From assembly GCA_009914755.4 (NCBI GenBank), contig CP086569.2:16448001-16512000 (forward strand): 64,000 nucleotides of DNA, read 5' to 3'. Position 1 is the first letter of the stretch. Every line of letters starts with the position of its first letter. Positions 40,613 to 60,485 of the stretch are shown here, piece after piece. The position numbers were made by a program, and so were the translations under genes. The notes below the pieces were generated by a model that did no database searches, was not told where the DNA came from, and worked only from the letters and a program-made list of their open reading frames with translations. Source of the stretch: the human T2T-CHM13v2.0 reference genome, Homo sapiens.

Positions 40613-43503
40613 GAGTTCATATTCTTGTATTCACTGCAGGATAAGTGTTGAACTTCCTGGGCCTTCACTCCTTCTCTGGAAAATGAATTCAGTAATAGCA
40701 CTGACTTTACAGGATTGATAGGATGATTAAAAACCTACTTGCCTGTAACGTGCAGTAAAAGAAGTCATGAATATTTGCCATTTTTCATTTTGCCTGCCAT
40801 ATTGAGATAGTAGTTACTTATATATTAGTATAATTCTTTCCTCTTCTACATTTAATACTCATCCAAGATAATAAAATCATAAAATTTGAGGGCTAAAGTG
40901 GAATTTTAAGATCTTCTACTCTAGTCAAATTATTATTTTTTTTCCACTCTAATGATGGAAAACATGGCAGCAATAACACACATAATGTTTTTTCTTATAT
41001 AAAGACAAAAATCCCATTCTCTCTTTCACCTTTTCATTGGCTGTGGTTGTTACCTTTGAAATGAAGCTTAATACTTCCTCAAGTAGCTAGAACAAAGTGT
41101 TCAGGCAATCTCATTCATTTCATTTCTTTCTCATGACCCATAAAATTGAAACCATAGACACTCTTCACTTTCATAATATCCTGGAATGGTTTTCCACCCA
41201 GTCGGGGGAAAGCAAGGTAAGGAAAAATTTCAGAGGCAAGAAAAAAAAAAAAAAGAAAATGTTGTTATAATGGAAAATCCCATCAAAGCTTTTCAGCAAA
41301 AGCATCTAGACAGTACCCTCACATCCGTATCCATCTTTAAATGTGATACACAGATCTCTGCCCTTTAGAAAATAGGCTTAACTCTTTCTTGTTCAGAGAG
41401 GTGCTAATAAGCTTTGTAATCTTCCTGATAGAACAATATTAAATTTGCATTTCTCAGGAGAAGAAACTCATGCAGAGGGTTGGATCCAAGCTGTTTGATG
41501 AGCACTTAACAAAGTGCCTTCACTCTTTATTCATTTTGTTTGAAGAAGAGAATTTATGTTCAGCAGACCCCCATTCTTCAAGAACTGTCCTCTAATTTTC
41601 AAAAAGGATTTTGGAACAAATGGGAGCCCTTCCTGGCCAATCAAAGTATGGTGGGAGATCAGAAGCCCTTGGATCTAGGGTTTCTACTTAAGTGAAAAGA
41701 AAGGTAGTCTGGAGGAACAAAGGAAAGATTTATTTTATTTTAGTTGCAGCATCTTAACCCTGCAGTGAGAATAGTTCTCTAATTCAACCCCATGGTATGC
41801 TTATGTAAGACTTGTCTCTGGTAGTGAACTGTTTCTTCATATGCATGTTAGTGATTCATTTTCGTTCACTGGCATGACTTATCAGAACTTTCAGTGCCCA
41901 TCATCCTGGGCATATTCAGAAAAATTATTTTCCCCAGGTCTCCAAATAAGCTGATATTGGAAATAAAGGGCAGCCTTTTGGGTTATAAAAGGCAGGCAAC
42001 ACGGGCTTATGAAAAAGAATAATCAAATACCTAAATGCATTAATTCATTAACATGAAAATTCTTTCTGTGGGTCTCATCTTTGCAAGCAGATACAATATT
42101 GTCATAGTATGAGTATGACCATGCCCCTTCCTAACATGTTATTAACATCATTAATAAAGAATGGTAACAAGCCATAGTTGGTTACATCTTTTGTAAAATA
42201 TCAAAATTTTAACAATAGACCCTTCAGATGGGACAGAGTGCTGGCAACCTCAATAATCAAATTTTAGAGGTGAAATATTTAGATCTTACAGTCCATAATT
42301 AAAATAAAAATTGACTTTTTTTTTAAGTTACAAAAATAATGTTTTTAATTCTCAACATACTTTTGTCTAATAGAGACAAGGAATGGGCTTAGCTGACTTC
42401 TCCCAGTAACTTTTGCTGGTTTATAGCTGAGCCACTAGAGAAGACCTTTTCGATAGAGTAATACAGACAAAAAAGTCAGTGAGCTATATCTGGTTCACAT
42501 CAGTTTTGCAGAATCAAAGGTGACTCTCTTCATGGGAACAACCTCAAGTTTGTGTGTGCAACCACTTATAACTGATCTTGCTTTCTGTTCAACAAAGGGC
42601 AGAAGGTTTAATGTTTACAAATGGAAACATATTTTTCTAAATTGTGAAAATAACTTTCTTATACTTAAGAGTCCCTATAGTTTATTACATATATATGTAC
42701 TTTCTCCTAAAAACCTTTCCTTAACTATGACTGTCTACATTGAAATCACTGTCATTTTTATATCGAACAAGTTGCTCACAAACATTGTGCCCCAAATAAG
42801 CTTTTCTATTAGTCTCCAAGACCTCCCTTTCTGTATTACCCCCAAAACATTTTCCTTTTCTTATGATCCTTCAGTCCTTCTAGAGTTGGCCAGGCAAAGG
42901 GCGTGTGGGAAGGACATTTCATGTGGAGGGATGAGGATGCTGAAAGCCTCAGAACTGAGAGAGAGCACAGCACATTCTTGGAGGATTGATGTGAATAGGG
43001 TTCAGGAAACGTTTCCAGAACATGTCCTTTTTAATTATGTAAAAATTATCTCTATGGTATTTAACTTGACCTGAAATTTTGACACAAGGGTCCCTTGCAA
43101 ATAACCTGTTAATTTAATAGTACTACCATTATTGTCAGTCAGGAACCAAAGGAAAATAATTTTACCTTCCAAATTAACAACATTCCCAAACACCCACTTT
43201 TCCACCAAGAGCCATGTGGACAGTAGGACAGACAACACATCCTGTTTTTTAATATTGGCTGTTATTTCAAACATGCCACAAAAACTTCAATTAATTTGCA
43301 AGAAAAAGCCCTTTAGACTGTTTACAGAGAAAACAGCAATGTTTGGGGTCACTTTGAAAGTGGATTGGCCCATCTCCCCCAGAACCCAACATTCTAAAAG
43401 CATTTTTGTACTAGCAGCATTAATGGAAATGTGCTGTCCTCTGGGTTGTTACCATGGTTAACTGCAAATCCCACAAATGGTTTAAAAGAATCCCAAATAT
43501 TTC

Positions 43504-49480
<5,977 letters not shown>

Positions 49481-49794
49481 CCCAAATATTTCAATAGCTT
49501 AGACACCACCTAAAAGTTTAGCTCAATAGAGTAACTTTGTATTTTTTACGGCAGAAATGAGGCTTCCTTTGACACACCATATTTCTGCAACATTGTTAAA
49601 GGGTGGCTTTCTATAGCAGCATAATTTATGGCCTGCCTCTAGGAAGGACCACGTTTGGTGTAGGATATTAAAAACAAGAGTATCTTATTTTTAAGTAAGA
49701 AAAAACAATTATGATACTTGGAGTCTTATTTTGTTTTAATTAAATCCCCCTTTCCTGTAACCATGATCAATTTCAGTTATCCAGTACTGATCTT

Positions 49795-50110
49795 GGCCAA
49801 GACTGGAAGAGAGCTTGAGGCCAGAAGTTCAAGACTAGTCTGGGCAACATAGCAAGACCTCACCTCTAAAAAAAAAAAAAAAAAAAAAAGAAAGAAAGAA
49901 AGAAAGAAAGAAAGAAGGAAAGAAAGAAAGAAAGAAAGAAAGATGGCTGGGCATGGTGGCATGTACCTCTAGTCCCATGTACTTGGGAGGATGAGGCAGG
50001 AGGATCACTTGAGCCCAGAAGGTCGAGGCTTCAGTGACCTACGGTTGCATCACTGCACTCTAGCTTTGATGTCAGAGCAGGACCTTGTCTCTAAAAAAAT
50101 TTTTTTTTAA
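49795..50110 (+). mobile_element. Alu, 5'-truncated. Its middle A-rich linker has expanded to (A)21(GAAA)~13.
   Basis: ...gcttgaggccagaagttcaagactagtctgggcaacatagcaagacctcacctctaaaaaaaaa..., then (GAAA)n at 49890-49942, then gctgggcatggtggcatgtacctctagtcccatgtacttgggagg...gcactctagctttgatgtcagagcaggacc. Confidence 0.85.
49890..49942. repeat. (GAAA)n microsatellite within the Alu linker.
   Basis: gaaagaaagaaagaaagaaagaaggaaagaaagaaagaaagaaagaaag. Confidence 0.95.
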
Positions 50111-51745
50111 ATACTGATCTTAAGACAGCAATTTCATTTCCCATGTTCTTATATCATATAGCGAATTTTGTTGACAAATGAAAATAAAAAAAGCCAGATT
50201 CAAAAAGTGAAAGTCTAGTTTGTGTCCCAGAAAATGGGTATTCCATCTTGATTCTGGGGAGTCATTGAAAGACATTCTCCCCACTTGGGGAAGGAAGGAA
50301 ATCCTCTGTCCCTTGTCTCTCCCCTTCAGATCACTTTTCACCATTGGGGGCTTTTCCTGGTCTAATTCTCTTGCCTGCCCACTTCCCCTCTTACTTCTTC
50401 CTTCCTTTCAACTTTATTTGGGATCTCATAAAGGACTGAGTCTTTCTTGAGAGGAATTTGAAAAGAACCAAGCACTATGACTGCCATTTCAGGATTGAAA
50501 AAGTATTTCAGGGCACACCCTGCATCTCCATAGAACTCTGCCTACCATGTTGCTTTCTCTTCCCCTCGTGGTTCATGTGAACGCTGGTTTGGGAAGGGAG
50601 CCAAGCCAGTCTTTTGTTCTTATTTTTAACTTATAATAACAACATATTTTCAGTCCACAGACTTCTGCAGATTGTGTGATTAATAATAAGGGTTGAGGCC
50701 AAAGAAGTGCTAACAACAAGGCTATAATTACATTATGAGTTTTTAGTGACAACAAAATAAACCATGGGAGAAAGCTCAAGGGACATAGGACATCTTAAGC
50801 ACACTTACCCAAATTATATAGCCACGTCAAACTTCCAGTTTTTAAATGCCTTGTAACAAGAGATGATAGGGATGTAGTGTTTTTAATCAAAGAAAGAAAA
50901 TCCTCAAGTTAAACCCTCACCCTTAAAAAATAATTGTATGCCCCTCATTTTGATGGCAACAACCTAATGGTATCCATGGCTTCAATTTCTCATGTAGCTG
51001 TTAACTGATGTTTAATGCAAAACACAATTTTACACTTTATTCATTTCTTTAAAATTCAAGCAATCTTATTTTGCTCATCACCAATTCCATGTGTTTTATT
51101 GTTTGCAATCTTGAAAGCTCCCCTTCTTAGCCTAGTTAGATACCTAGAACTAAAGCAAGTATATTTTCATTTGGGAATTATCTATTTCCTGGTTATTTAA
51201 TGGTATTATTATTATTATATATGAATTAATTCATTCTGATGAAAAATTTTCTTTCATTGAAGTCTGTGAGATACCAGTTGCCTCATGCAATACAGTATTT
51301 TTTTTTAATCCAAATTGCTAAATGCCCTTCTTTTCAGCAGACCTGTATTTCATGAATAAATCATTCTCTTTGGTAAGGCAAAGGAAAATAAAATTGTGTT
51401 TTGGAGAAGCAATAGGAAGAATAAGAGTGTGAATGCCAGATCAGCCAGATTTCAATCCCATCAGTTCTTTCTTGTCCCATGACCTTGAGCAAATTACTTA
51501 ACCTTTGTGTGCCTATATTTTCTCATCTGGTCAATGGGGACAACAGTAGTTCCAGCTCATGGTGCTCTTTGCACATGTAGTAAGATAATGCATGGACACA
51601 GGCATTATTGCACAAGGCACCCAGTTGGAGTTAGTCTTCTTTGTATTAATTACAGCTGGAGCCCTCTCATGCTCTTGTTGTTCAGAAGGACATTTGAGAA
51701 CACAGGACTGATTCACCACTTGATGCCTGGCTGTTTATCCCTCAG

Positions 51746-52319
51746 GATCATTGATGGACATGATCTGATGCCCCTACTTGAAGGAAAATACCAGTACTCT
51801 GATCATGAGTTTCTCTTCCGTTACTGAAATGCCCACTTAAACGCTGGTGCCCTTGGAACAGTGAGTAAACTGACCTTTCCATGCTTCTCATGCTTCATGC
51901 AACCTATGCCATGGGAATACATAAAACTAAAATGCAGCTCTGCTTGATAGAGGCCAACAGGTTCCTCAGTGTGTGACCATACTTTGCTTTGTCCTGTTCT
52001 CCCTCTTCCTCCTCTCTTCTCCTTCTTGTTCAGGTATGATGATGTCAGGGGTGCTGTGTTATTCACCCACCTGAACGACACCCACAGCTCCTCTTTACCA
52101 GCAGAGGAAGTCCCAAGTTCTCAACAGGGTACTGTGGCTGGTCATTTATTGCATGCACAACTGCCCAGCCTCACTACCTGGCACTCCTCTCACGCTGAGG
52201 CCAGCAGCCCCTGTACTCTGTGCATTGCTGTGCTTATACTTGCAGGTTCTTCTCCTAGAAGGTCTCCTCACCTTGTCCTTCTTGGAGGGTCCTACTCAAT
52301 GCCCCCCAGTCCCTGCTGA
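51746..52319 (+). pseudogene. Terminal pseudo-exon ([18 protein letters not shown]...C-terminus homologue). The 3' boundary is approximate.
   Basis: Acceptor cctcag|G. It translates [34 protein letters not shown]... in one frame. It continues with diverged homology to the STS C-terminus (…DTHSSSLPAEEVPSSQQGTVAGHLLHAQLPSLTTWHS, against …[37 protein letters not shown]). There is a TGA at 51825-51827 and a TGA/TAG pair further on. Confidence 0.65.
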
Positions 52320-53694
52320 AATGCCTCCTCTGCCTGCCCTCAAAGCATTTCCCTCACTCTTTTAGCACAGCACTAAAAGCTTGAGAATGAATGAGTATAT
52401 GGCATTTAAATGTTTACCTGACTGACTTTCGCAGCCTAAAGATGATGGATCATGACTCACTGCATCTGTATTTTGTGCATCATGCATATTTGCTATATTT
52501 AGATATTTAAAGCAAAGTTAAAATGTTCTTCAGTGCTATCACATTTCTTGAACTGGGAGTTTCTTTAATTGTGCAATCAAACAGGATCTCATGTTGCTTT
52601 TCTAATACTCGTTTTATAGTGGCTTTTCCAATTAGCAAACAGGAACAAATGGTTTATAATCTTAAGTGTGGTTATTCATTTCAGACCTTTCTTTCATATT
52701 TTTAAAACTTAGAATTACAGTAATATTCCTATCACTAAGATACCTGACAGTCGATGGAAAGTGGTGAGCAATTTACACAACTATCATATGTTCCAGAGGT
52801 ACCTGTTGAGGTTGGAATTTCAGTTCCTTCTTTGGAGGTAAAATAAAATTCCCCTTTTCTCTAAGGGGCTTTGGAGCTCTGTTTCTCGAACCTAGGACTG
52901 ACCCCCGATGGGGAGGGAATGTAATAACATCCTAGCTGCTAACTTCTTCTTAAACTCAGGATGATTCCATTCCATTTTCCAACAAATCTTTGTCTCTTCC
53001 TCAATCAGATAGCCAATTTAACCAAGACTAATTTAAGGAACAACCTCTTTTTTATTTATACAACCTTTTTATGAAGTTACACCCCTAATAAGGCGGTGAA
53101 ATCACACCAGTTTTATGCTTCATAGTTTCTCCTTTAAGTCTGGGCAGTTTCCTCATGATATGTTCTAGAAGACAAAAAACAACAGAAACATGGGCTTGCG
53201 ATTTTACTTCTGGAAGCATTTTATTCACATATCTCATCCATGTGGCCAGAATTCCTAGTTTCCATAAGCACACTGCTTCTTTTTTTAGATCAGTTTATAG
53301 CATCGACTTCTGAGCTTTGTAATAAATGAGAGCTCAAGGACTCTTAATTTCTTTTTATATGGCGCCAGCAAGGAATGTGAAGAACAAAGTCTCTGTGACT
53401 ACTGCATGTCCGAATAAGACTGTATCATGTCCTGAACCTTGCAAAATTGTATTTTAATAGAGCCAAATCCCCAGTTAGAGAAGTTGGAAGGAACATATTG
53501 GATCAGAGGCTGGAGGAACACATTATGTGGAGGAGTAAAGAGAAAGGGGACAGGAAGAGATAGAAAATAGGAGTAAGAAAAACAAGACCCAGTTTCTCAT
53601 ATGCAACTGGTCCCAGGATAAAATTTGCTTCTTACGCACAAGTAACATTTCCTGTGAATGCTATTCGTTCAACTCTCCTGCCTTGAACAGGTAA

Positions 53695-54034
<340 letters not shown>

Positions 54035-57000
54035 GAAAAGTATCTCAAGGCTAGACTCAGTCATCAAGATAAAGAACGTCAAGAAAACCTGATGTTTATG
54101 AATCATTTATTATGTATTTTTCAGATGCTATTTGAAACTTGTAAACATGTTTGCTGTCTTTGGTTTCATGTATGGCTTCATGTTTACTCATTTCGTATTT
54201 TATCTATTCATTTTTCTCTAGAAATATGTATTGAGCCCGTACTGTGTGGAATGTACTGTGTTTGTGCTGACATCTGTCAGGAAGCAAAACAAAGTTCTCT
54301 ACTGACGAGTACCTTACATTTTAGGGAATGAGGCACTGCTAGTTGTGCAATGTGCTGGAAATACAGGGATGCGTAAGGAAAATGTGACTATCATTCACTG
54401 GAGCTTTCTGTCACCTGGGGAAGACAGATGTTAAACTAGTACTAGTTGAGTGAGTCTCCATAGCTCATCTCAGGTGGACTTTGGTAACAGCTTGTCAATA
54501 ATCACTAGCTTATGGAACACATTTCATAAATCTTAGGGATAAGAGGGGTTGTCACCTGACCTCAGAATACTTTATTAGAGAAGAAAAAGAAATGTAGGAT
54601 TAGGGTTCAGTAGCAGGCAGTGGTATGTAGGAGTCAGCTTTTGATTTTTCAGGAATCTTGCCAGCTGCTTGTGAAATTATTGCTCATTTTCATTTGGCTC
54701 TGTTGGGGGTGTTTACAATATGGCAATTGGAAAACACAACAAATCCAGGCTGGCTTCCTCTCTCAGAGCCCTAGATTAACAACAGTTTGTTTGTATCAGT
54801 AGAACTGATTGCAAATATTTTTAAGATGCTCTTACTATTTATCTTGATTGCTTGGAAGACTAAATGTTATTCCAAACTCATGAAATACTGATTTTTAAAA
54901 ATTCTAGAGCTAGGATGTAATTTCCACCCTTTAAAAACATGAATCACTTTTAAGTTTTGTATATAATATCTTCTCTATAATTTAGTTTTCTCAGCAAATT
55001 AAATGACAATTTAATTATGATCTGATATCATTATTCCTATTACATGTTAAAAGAACTCATGGAAAGCATGATTATAACATGGATAACTTTTCTCACGCCA
55101 AGTGGGAATTTTGAGTTAAAATTTACAATTCAATGGGTATGAAAAATCTTGACTTTAATGTTTGATATTATGAATTAATATTATTAAAATTAAACACAAT
55201 GTCAACTTGATTTTATAGATGGAATTTATCTTAGAGGGTAGATGGATATTTGGCTCCAGAATTTTCAAGCTGATGACTGTAGTCTGTGAGATAAATACTC
55301 ACATTAATGGAGAGTCCCCAAACCAGGTGGTCACACTAAAATCCATGGGATAGCTGTAGGTATATTCTATAATGCAATGCAACATAGTACACAATTAATA
55401 GCTTAAAGCATTTTGTACAGACATATATGGAACCTTAGTATCATGTGGAAAAAAAAGGTGACATTTATTTGAAATGTCACCCTTTAGTCAGGAAATGGGA
55501 TCTCTATGAAGCTATCAAAATTAATGCAAAGGAACAAGGCACTCATACCATCCTTTCTCTGGGAGAAGGATGTAGACATCCTCACACTGAACTAGCAGAG
55601 TCTCATAAATCTTGCTCCATTTTCAATTCAAGTTTGTTGGAACCTTTTGTTTTCCTTTGATTAAAAAAATACCTTTATTTTAAAAATGACAACATGAGGA
55701 ACATTTGAATGACTCTTTTTTAGCTATTGTGAGATATATAGTCAATTAATGTTAACTGGTGATAGATATCCCAGTTTCCCTGATTTGAGTATAAGAGTGT
55801 TTCAAATGGTCACAGGTACCTTGAAAATATATACATCAAATATGAATCAATAAAAAATAAGTAAATAAAATTATTACAGCAATATGATAATGAAATTTAT
55901 TCTTAAGGAATGTGTTCTTATCCAACTTTCTGAAGGACACCTTTCTTTCAAAATAGGAGCTCAGTAATGGTTTAAAATGAAAACCAATGTTTCTATGGTA
56001 ATGCAAAAAAATGCTTTCATTACTCACTGTCCAACATTTTCATTTAACTAAAAATTAATTTTGCCTCTAAAATATACCTAATAAAATAGAAGAGATTTTC
56101 ATAACAGCCACATATGAGTTAACAGCTTCAGAATGCCAGCACTTGGCTTTTGCTTTCTTTAGTAATTTTGGTGAGTATTTGCCAGATGCCCTTCCTTGTC
56201 TGATCCTCAGAATTAGGATCTAAAGTGTCAGAAATAACACATTGAGAGCTGAAACTGACCTAATGTGAAATGGAGCATTGCCAAATTTAAGCTCACCAAA
56301 TACAGTCCAGTGTTTCAGCTTACCTTATAAAAGGACATATTCTCATCCTAATCTGTAACTGTAGCAATTAAGAAAAAGCACATATATGTAAATCATTTCA
56401 AGGTTATCTTTTATGTCTCAAGTTTTTTTTTTTCTTTTCCTGTGAACACCTCAAATGCTGCATTGCCACAAGGTTTTAATAGTTCAGACATGTAGCCATT
56501 ATTTCACTCATGTGCCTGTGAAGCTTAGTAACAAGGTGCAACATTTGTACTCATAATTGTAGCAGCACAGGATTATGGTGTCCTGGGATGAACAGAATTT
56601 GCTTCAGAGACCTAGAAGAAGTAGTAACTTAAGAAGTTAGAAGAGTTTCCTTAGACTTCTAATATTTTTATTGAATTTATTGCATATTGTTATGATCCAG
56701 ACACATCAGTAACAGGCTTAACTTCCCCAAACATTCATTTCTTTTAGTGGTAAAAGAACACACATGAATAGATTTTGTGTTTTTCAACACAGTCTATTAA
56801 ACTTATATTCTCTTATGGAACTTCATATTACCTTATAGACAGTATGAGACAGTATATGACATAAACTCACTTTTCCTCCAAAGTTGTAATCTGTTTAATC
56901 GAACAATACACTAATACTGTGGAAGAAACAGTCCTGGTCATTGCTTTTGATAATTTGCTACACTACAAACTTACCTCCTTATAGAGACAAAGTAAATCAA

Positions 57001-58002
57001 AATTGAATTTCTTTCTTGAATTCCAATAAATATATAAATAAATCCTACAAAAAAACTTGGTGTGTCTGAAAGTTCAAACGCCTTTTACCATCTAAGCTCG
57101 GCACCCAGCTAATTCTGATTTTTTTTGCAAGAGGTCACTTTGATCTCTTCTCCTTGCATTCTCTGTTCTACCATTTCATTGATTTTCTGCAGTATTTTGC
57201 ATATCTCTTTTCTCTGACTTCAACATGGGGCATCTCTCAGTTATCCCGGAATGTCTGTTTATGTTTCTAACCCACTGCCAGATTTGCTTTTATATGCTGT
57301 CAGACCTGGTGTTTTCTACATAGACATTTTAGTTCTAACCAGGACATGGAATATTTAGCAGCTTTTTGCATCTTCCTTACTTTTGTATGTTCTATACAAA
57401 AAATGTTTTGTAGGTGGTTATAGACATTTGCCTTGTTAATCTCATAATCTTGAAATTTCTCATCTCTTTTATTGATTATTGTGCATCTTTTGGAGACATG
57501 CTTGACAACAGTAAACATTGATGTTTGTTGCATATTTACTGTCTGCTAGGCACTTTGTCGATGACTTTGCATTTGATATCTCATTTAATCCCCTGAATTA
57601 AAAGAGATAATGATAATGTTAGTTTCATGTTTGGTTTTAGTAGAAAACAAACAAAAAATAATAGTTTACATTAGAGAGAAGTTCATATCTCCATCTCACA
57701 GGTGAAGTCTAGGGCTGAATGGTCCACAAAGTCTCTTAGAATCACCTAAGTGGCTTCTCCACCTACTGTAGAATGCGGCAGTTTCATCTTCTTGGTGAAT
57801 GATTGTCTCTACCCTAAGTGCATACAGTGGTGGAGTGGATGGGAAAGATGGGAAGAAAAAAGGCCACGGGTACTACTTCCCAAGGAAGATAGTCAGACTC
57901 TTCTCAGAGGCCGGAAGTTGGTCACCTGTTCACATCTAGCTTCACAGGATGCTGTGAAGGAGACTTTTGTTATGGGTGTCTATGTACCCAGAGGAACATT
58001 CA

Positions 58003-58259
58003 ATGACTGTGGGAGGCTGCGGGAACAGCTAGCTGTCTGTCCTCCCAGTGTAAAACCCCATCTCTCATAAAAATACCAAAACTAGCCAGGTGCCTGTATT
58101 AAAGCTATTAATACAGGCAGGTGCCTGTAATCCCAGCTTCTCAGGAGGCTGTAACAGGACAATTGCTTGACCCTGGGTGGCAGAAGTTGTAGTAAGCCAA
58201 GATCGTGCCACTGTACTCCAGTCTGAGTGACAGAGCAAGATTCCATCTCAGAAAAAAAA
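58003..58259 (+). mobile_element. Alu, 5'-truncated, with a small internal duplication (caggtgcctgta x2).
   Basis: ...ctgtgggaggctgcggg...gtaaaaccccatctctcataaaaataccaaaactagccaggtgcctgta...caggtgcctgtaatcccagcttctcaggaggctg...gccaagatcgtgccactgtactccagtctgagtgacagagcaagattccatctcag. Confidence 0.8.
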
Positions 58260-59603
58260 TCATTATTATATTTCTAGCATTACATACATGTTAAAAGTTA
58301 AGCAAATTGATTACTGAGGTATACGTAGGCATCACTTTACAAGGTCAGCAACCCTGCAGGAAAAGCAAAGTTGCAATCTACATATCATTGTTACTAAGGA
58401 GGTCTTTTTTTTTTTCCAATAAAGAAGCTCAGTTCTTAGAATTTTCTGAAGGCACACAATGAAGAATGGAGGGGAAAAAGCACACACCAAACAAATATTT
58501 CACTTATTGCAGGAATCTGATTGCATCCAGGGAAATGTTTACTTAGAATATGTTAATGCAAAGTTAAAATAAAATGTTCCTTGGCAATTAAAAATGCTGT
58601 GCACTAATACATGCTTTCTAATGTGATTCAATTCAACAATGTAGTGAATGCTTACTACATTTTCAGCTTGATGTCAAGCAATGGGGAATACAAGTTCCAG
58701 TTCTGCAAAGATTCATCAACTTTCTTAGCTCAAGAGAGAGGCTGAGAAATGCAGGGAGGAATAAGACATAAAATACCTCCAACCTCCATGATCCGAGAGT
58801 GGGGAAAGGCCTGATTATAACCCATCAGGCACACTTCCTAATGCCTTTTTAGGGCCTACAAAAATGTTTTAATTTCTTTTATAATCAGAAGAAGAGAAAA
58901 TGAACATTGGGGATTGGAGATCATATTGTCATTTGGAGCAACATTGTCATAAAATGTAATGTTAATATGTTTTTATATAATATATTTTGATATTAAAATA
59001 TATTAATATATTTTGCCTTTGTGACCCACGGAAGTCTTACTGGGCCCTGGGGACAGGACCCTATCCTGGTGAAGCAGCTGCTTTGCTCTACAAACACCTG
59101 GGGCAGAAATTTGGTTTGAGAAATATTGTTCTGTCTTTACTTTTCTTTCAATCAGATTCCTTAGGAAGACCAAGCCAGTGTCAGAACAAACCTCTGAAGC
59201 AGTAAGAAGCTGGAGTGACAAGAGCATACTATGCATACTAGGATCAGCTCTGGATTGACTGAGCAAATTTAATAAAATGTCAAAACATGTCCATAAAGGT
59301 GCTGCTGGTGCGTGCATGCCCATAGGGAGCTAATATGCTCAGGAAGAAAGGTGTTGATCCCATGGAGACTTTTAAAAGCTAAAGCCTTGTTGCCTTCTCT
59401 TTAGCGCCCAGAGAATGTGGTATGTGATGCGAATGCTCAAAACCTCTTAAATCATAGCTGTCTAACCTCTGTGTAACTCACCTCTATCCCAGGCTTCATG
59501 AACAAAGATTCACCACTTGACCAAATGTTAGCCAAGCTCCTCAACCTTTTCCCAGGCCCATCTGTGCACTTCCTTGTAAAATCCAATTTTAGCAAGAAGC
59601 TTG

Positions 59604-59734
59604 TTAGAAAAACATGATCGTCTCCATGTATAAATAATTTAATTTGAAACCTTGGATTCTCAAATCCTCAGTGAAGCAAATTTTATATCCCAAACCTCGA
59701 TATAAAAGTGACTGTGTTTGCTTACATAGTAAGC
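59604..59734. repeat. Left arm of a ~128-bp inverted-repeat pair (about 90% identical to the right arm).
   Basis: ttagaaaaacatgatcgtctccatgtataaataatttaatttgaaaccttggattctcaaatcctcagtgaagcaaattttatatcccaaacctcgatataaaagtgactgtgtttgcttac(atagtaagc). Confidence 0.85.
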
Positions 59735-60485
59735 TCCTCAGCCTCCTCTGCCCTCCAGGGGATGTGTGGTCACCTGGTCAGCCTTCTAGAATCCTGTTAG
59801 GTCAGTTCAGCTGTAATCCTGCTGGACTTTGGTGTTTCCTCTTGGTAGTTTCCATCCACTGATGGGCACCCTGCTCCCTGGCTATGAATCCCCACTTTCC
59901 CATGATGTATTAAGAGCTGAGCCCAATCTCTTCCCCCACTGTAAGCCCCCACTGCTGCAGTTGTCATGATGGTCCTGAATGAAGTCTTCCTTACTGTGTT
60001 TTAATAACTAGCACTGAATATTTTTTTCTTTAACATCATCCATGAGAACTTAAAACCTGCTGGGACGGCATAACTCTGTGGTGTCTTTAGAGCTCAGCTT
60101 TGTTTGTCCCTGAGCATTCTTGGTTTTCTGACACCGTGAACCTGTTTAATGTTGTGAGAGATCACTTGAGCCAATGTTACTTAATACCATCTCTTTGTGA
60201 CTTTGAATAAGGTAATTGTAATGTACCAATATTTTACTTTGTCAAGTATTATCTTAATGGAAGCCTTCCCAATGAAGGAAACAACAGCTTTCCCAGTTAG
60301 AACGTAAGCAGTTTAAAAACTACCCAAGTCTTTCTGAAAAGGAAACATTCCCATGTAACTATCAGTTTTCTAAGAACTTCAAGGGCCTTTCATATAGAAG
60401 ACATTCAAGTTCGGGGGTTCATTAGACAATGGTTCTACTTATTAAGTTCAAATCCTCTAAATGATTTTTCAGTAAGTTTATCTTC

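Noticed and set aside
42520-43074. A 184-aa + strand ORF as a possible new gene.
   Set aside because: It has no domain similarity overall and its composition is AT-rich and low-complexity. Only its C-terminal ~50 residues show a weak resemblance to an STS exon, which is reported separately as a low-confidence finding.
51862-52026. An apparent GT donor (ggaacag|gtgagtaaact) and downstream acceptor (ttgttcag|gt), suggesting a ~165-bp intron inside the terminal exon block.
   Set aside because: Translation through this stretch stays in one frame and keeps length-matched, though diverged, homology to the STS C-terminus. The gtgagt is therefore most likely fortuitous exon sequence and not an ancestral splice site.
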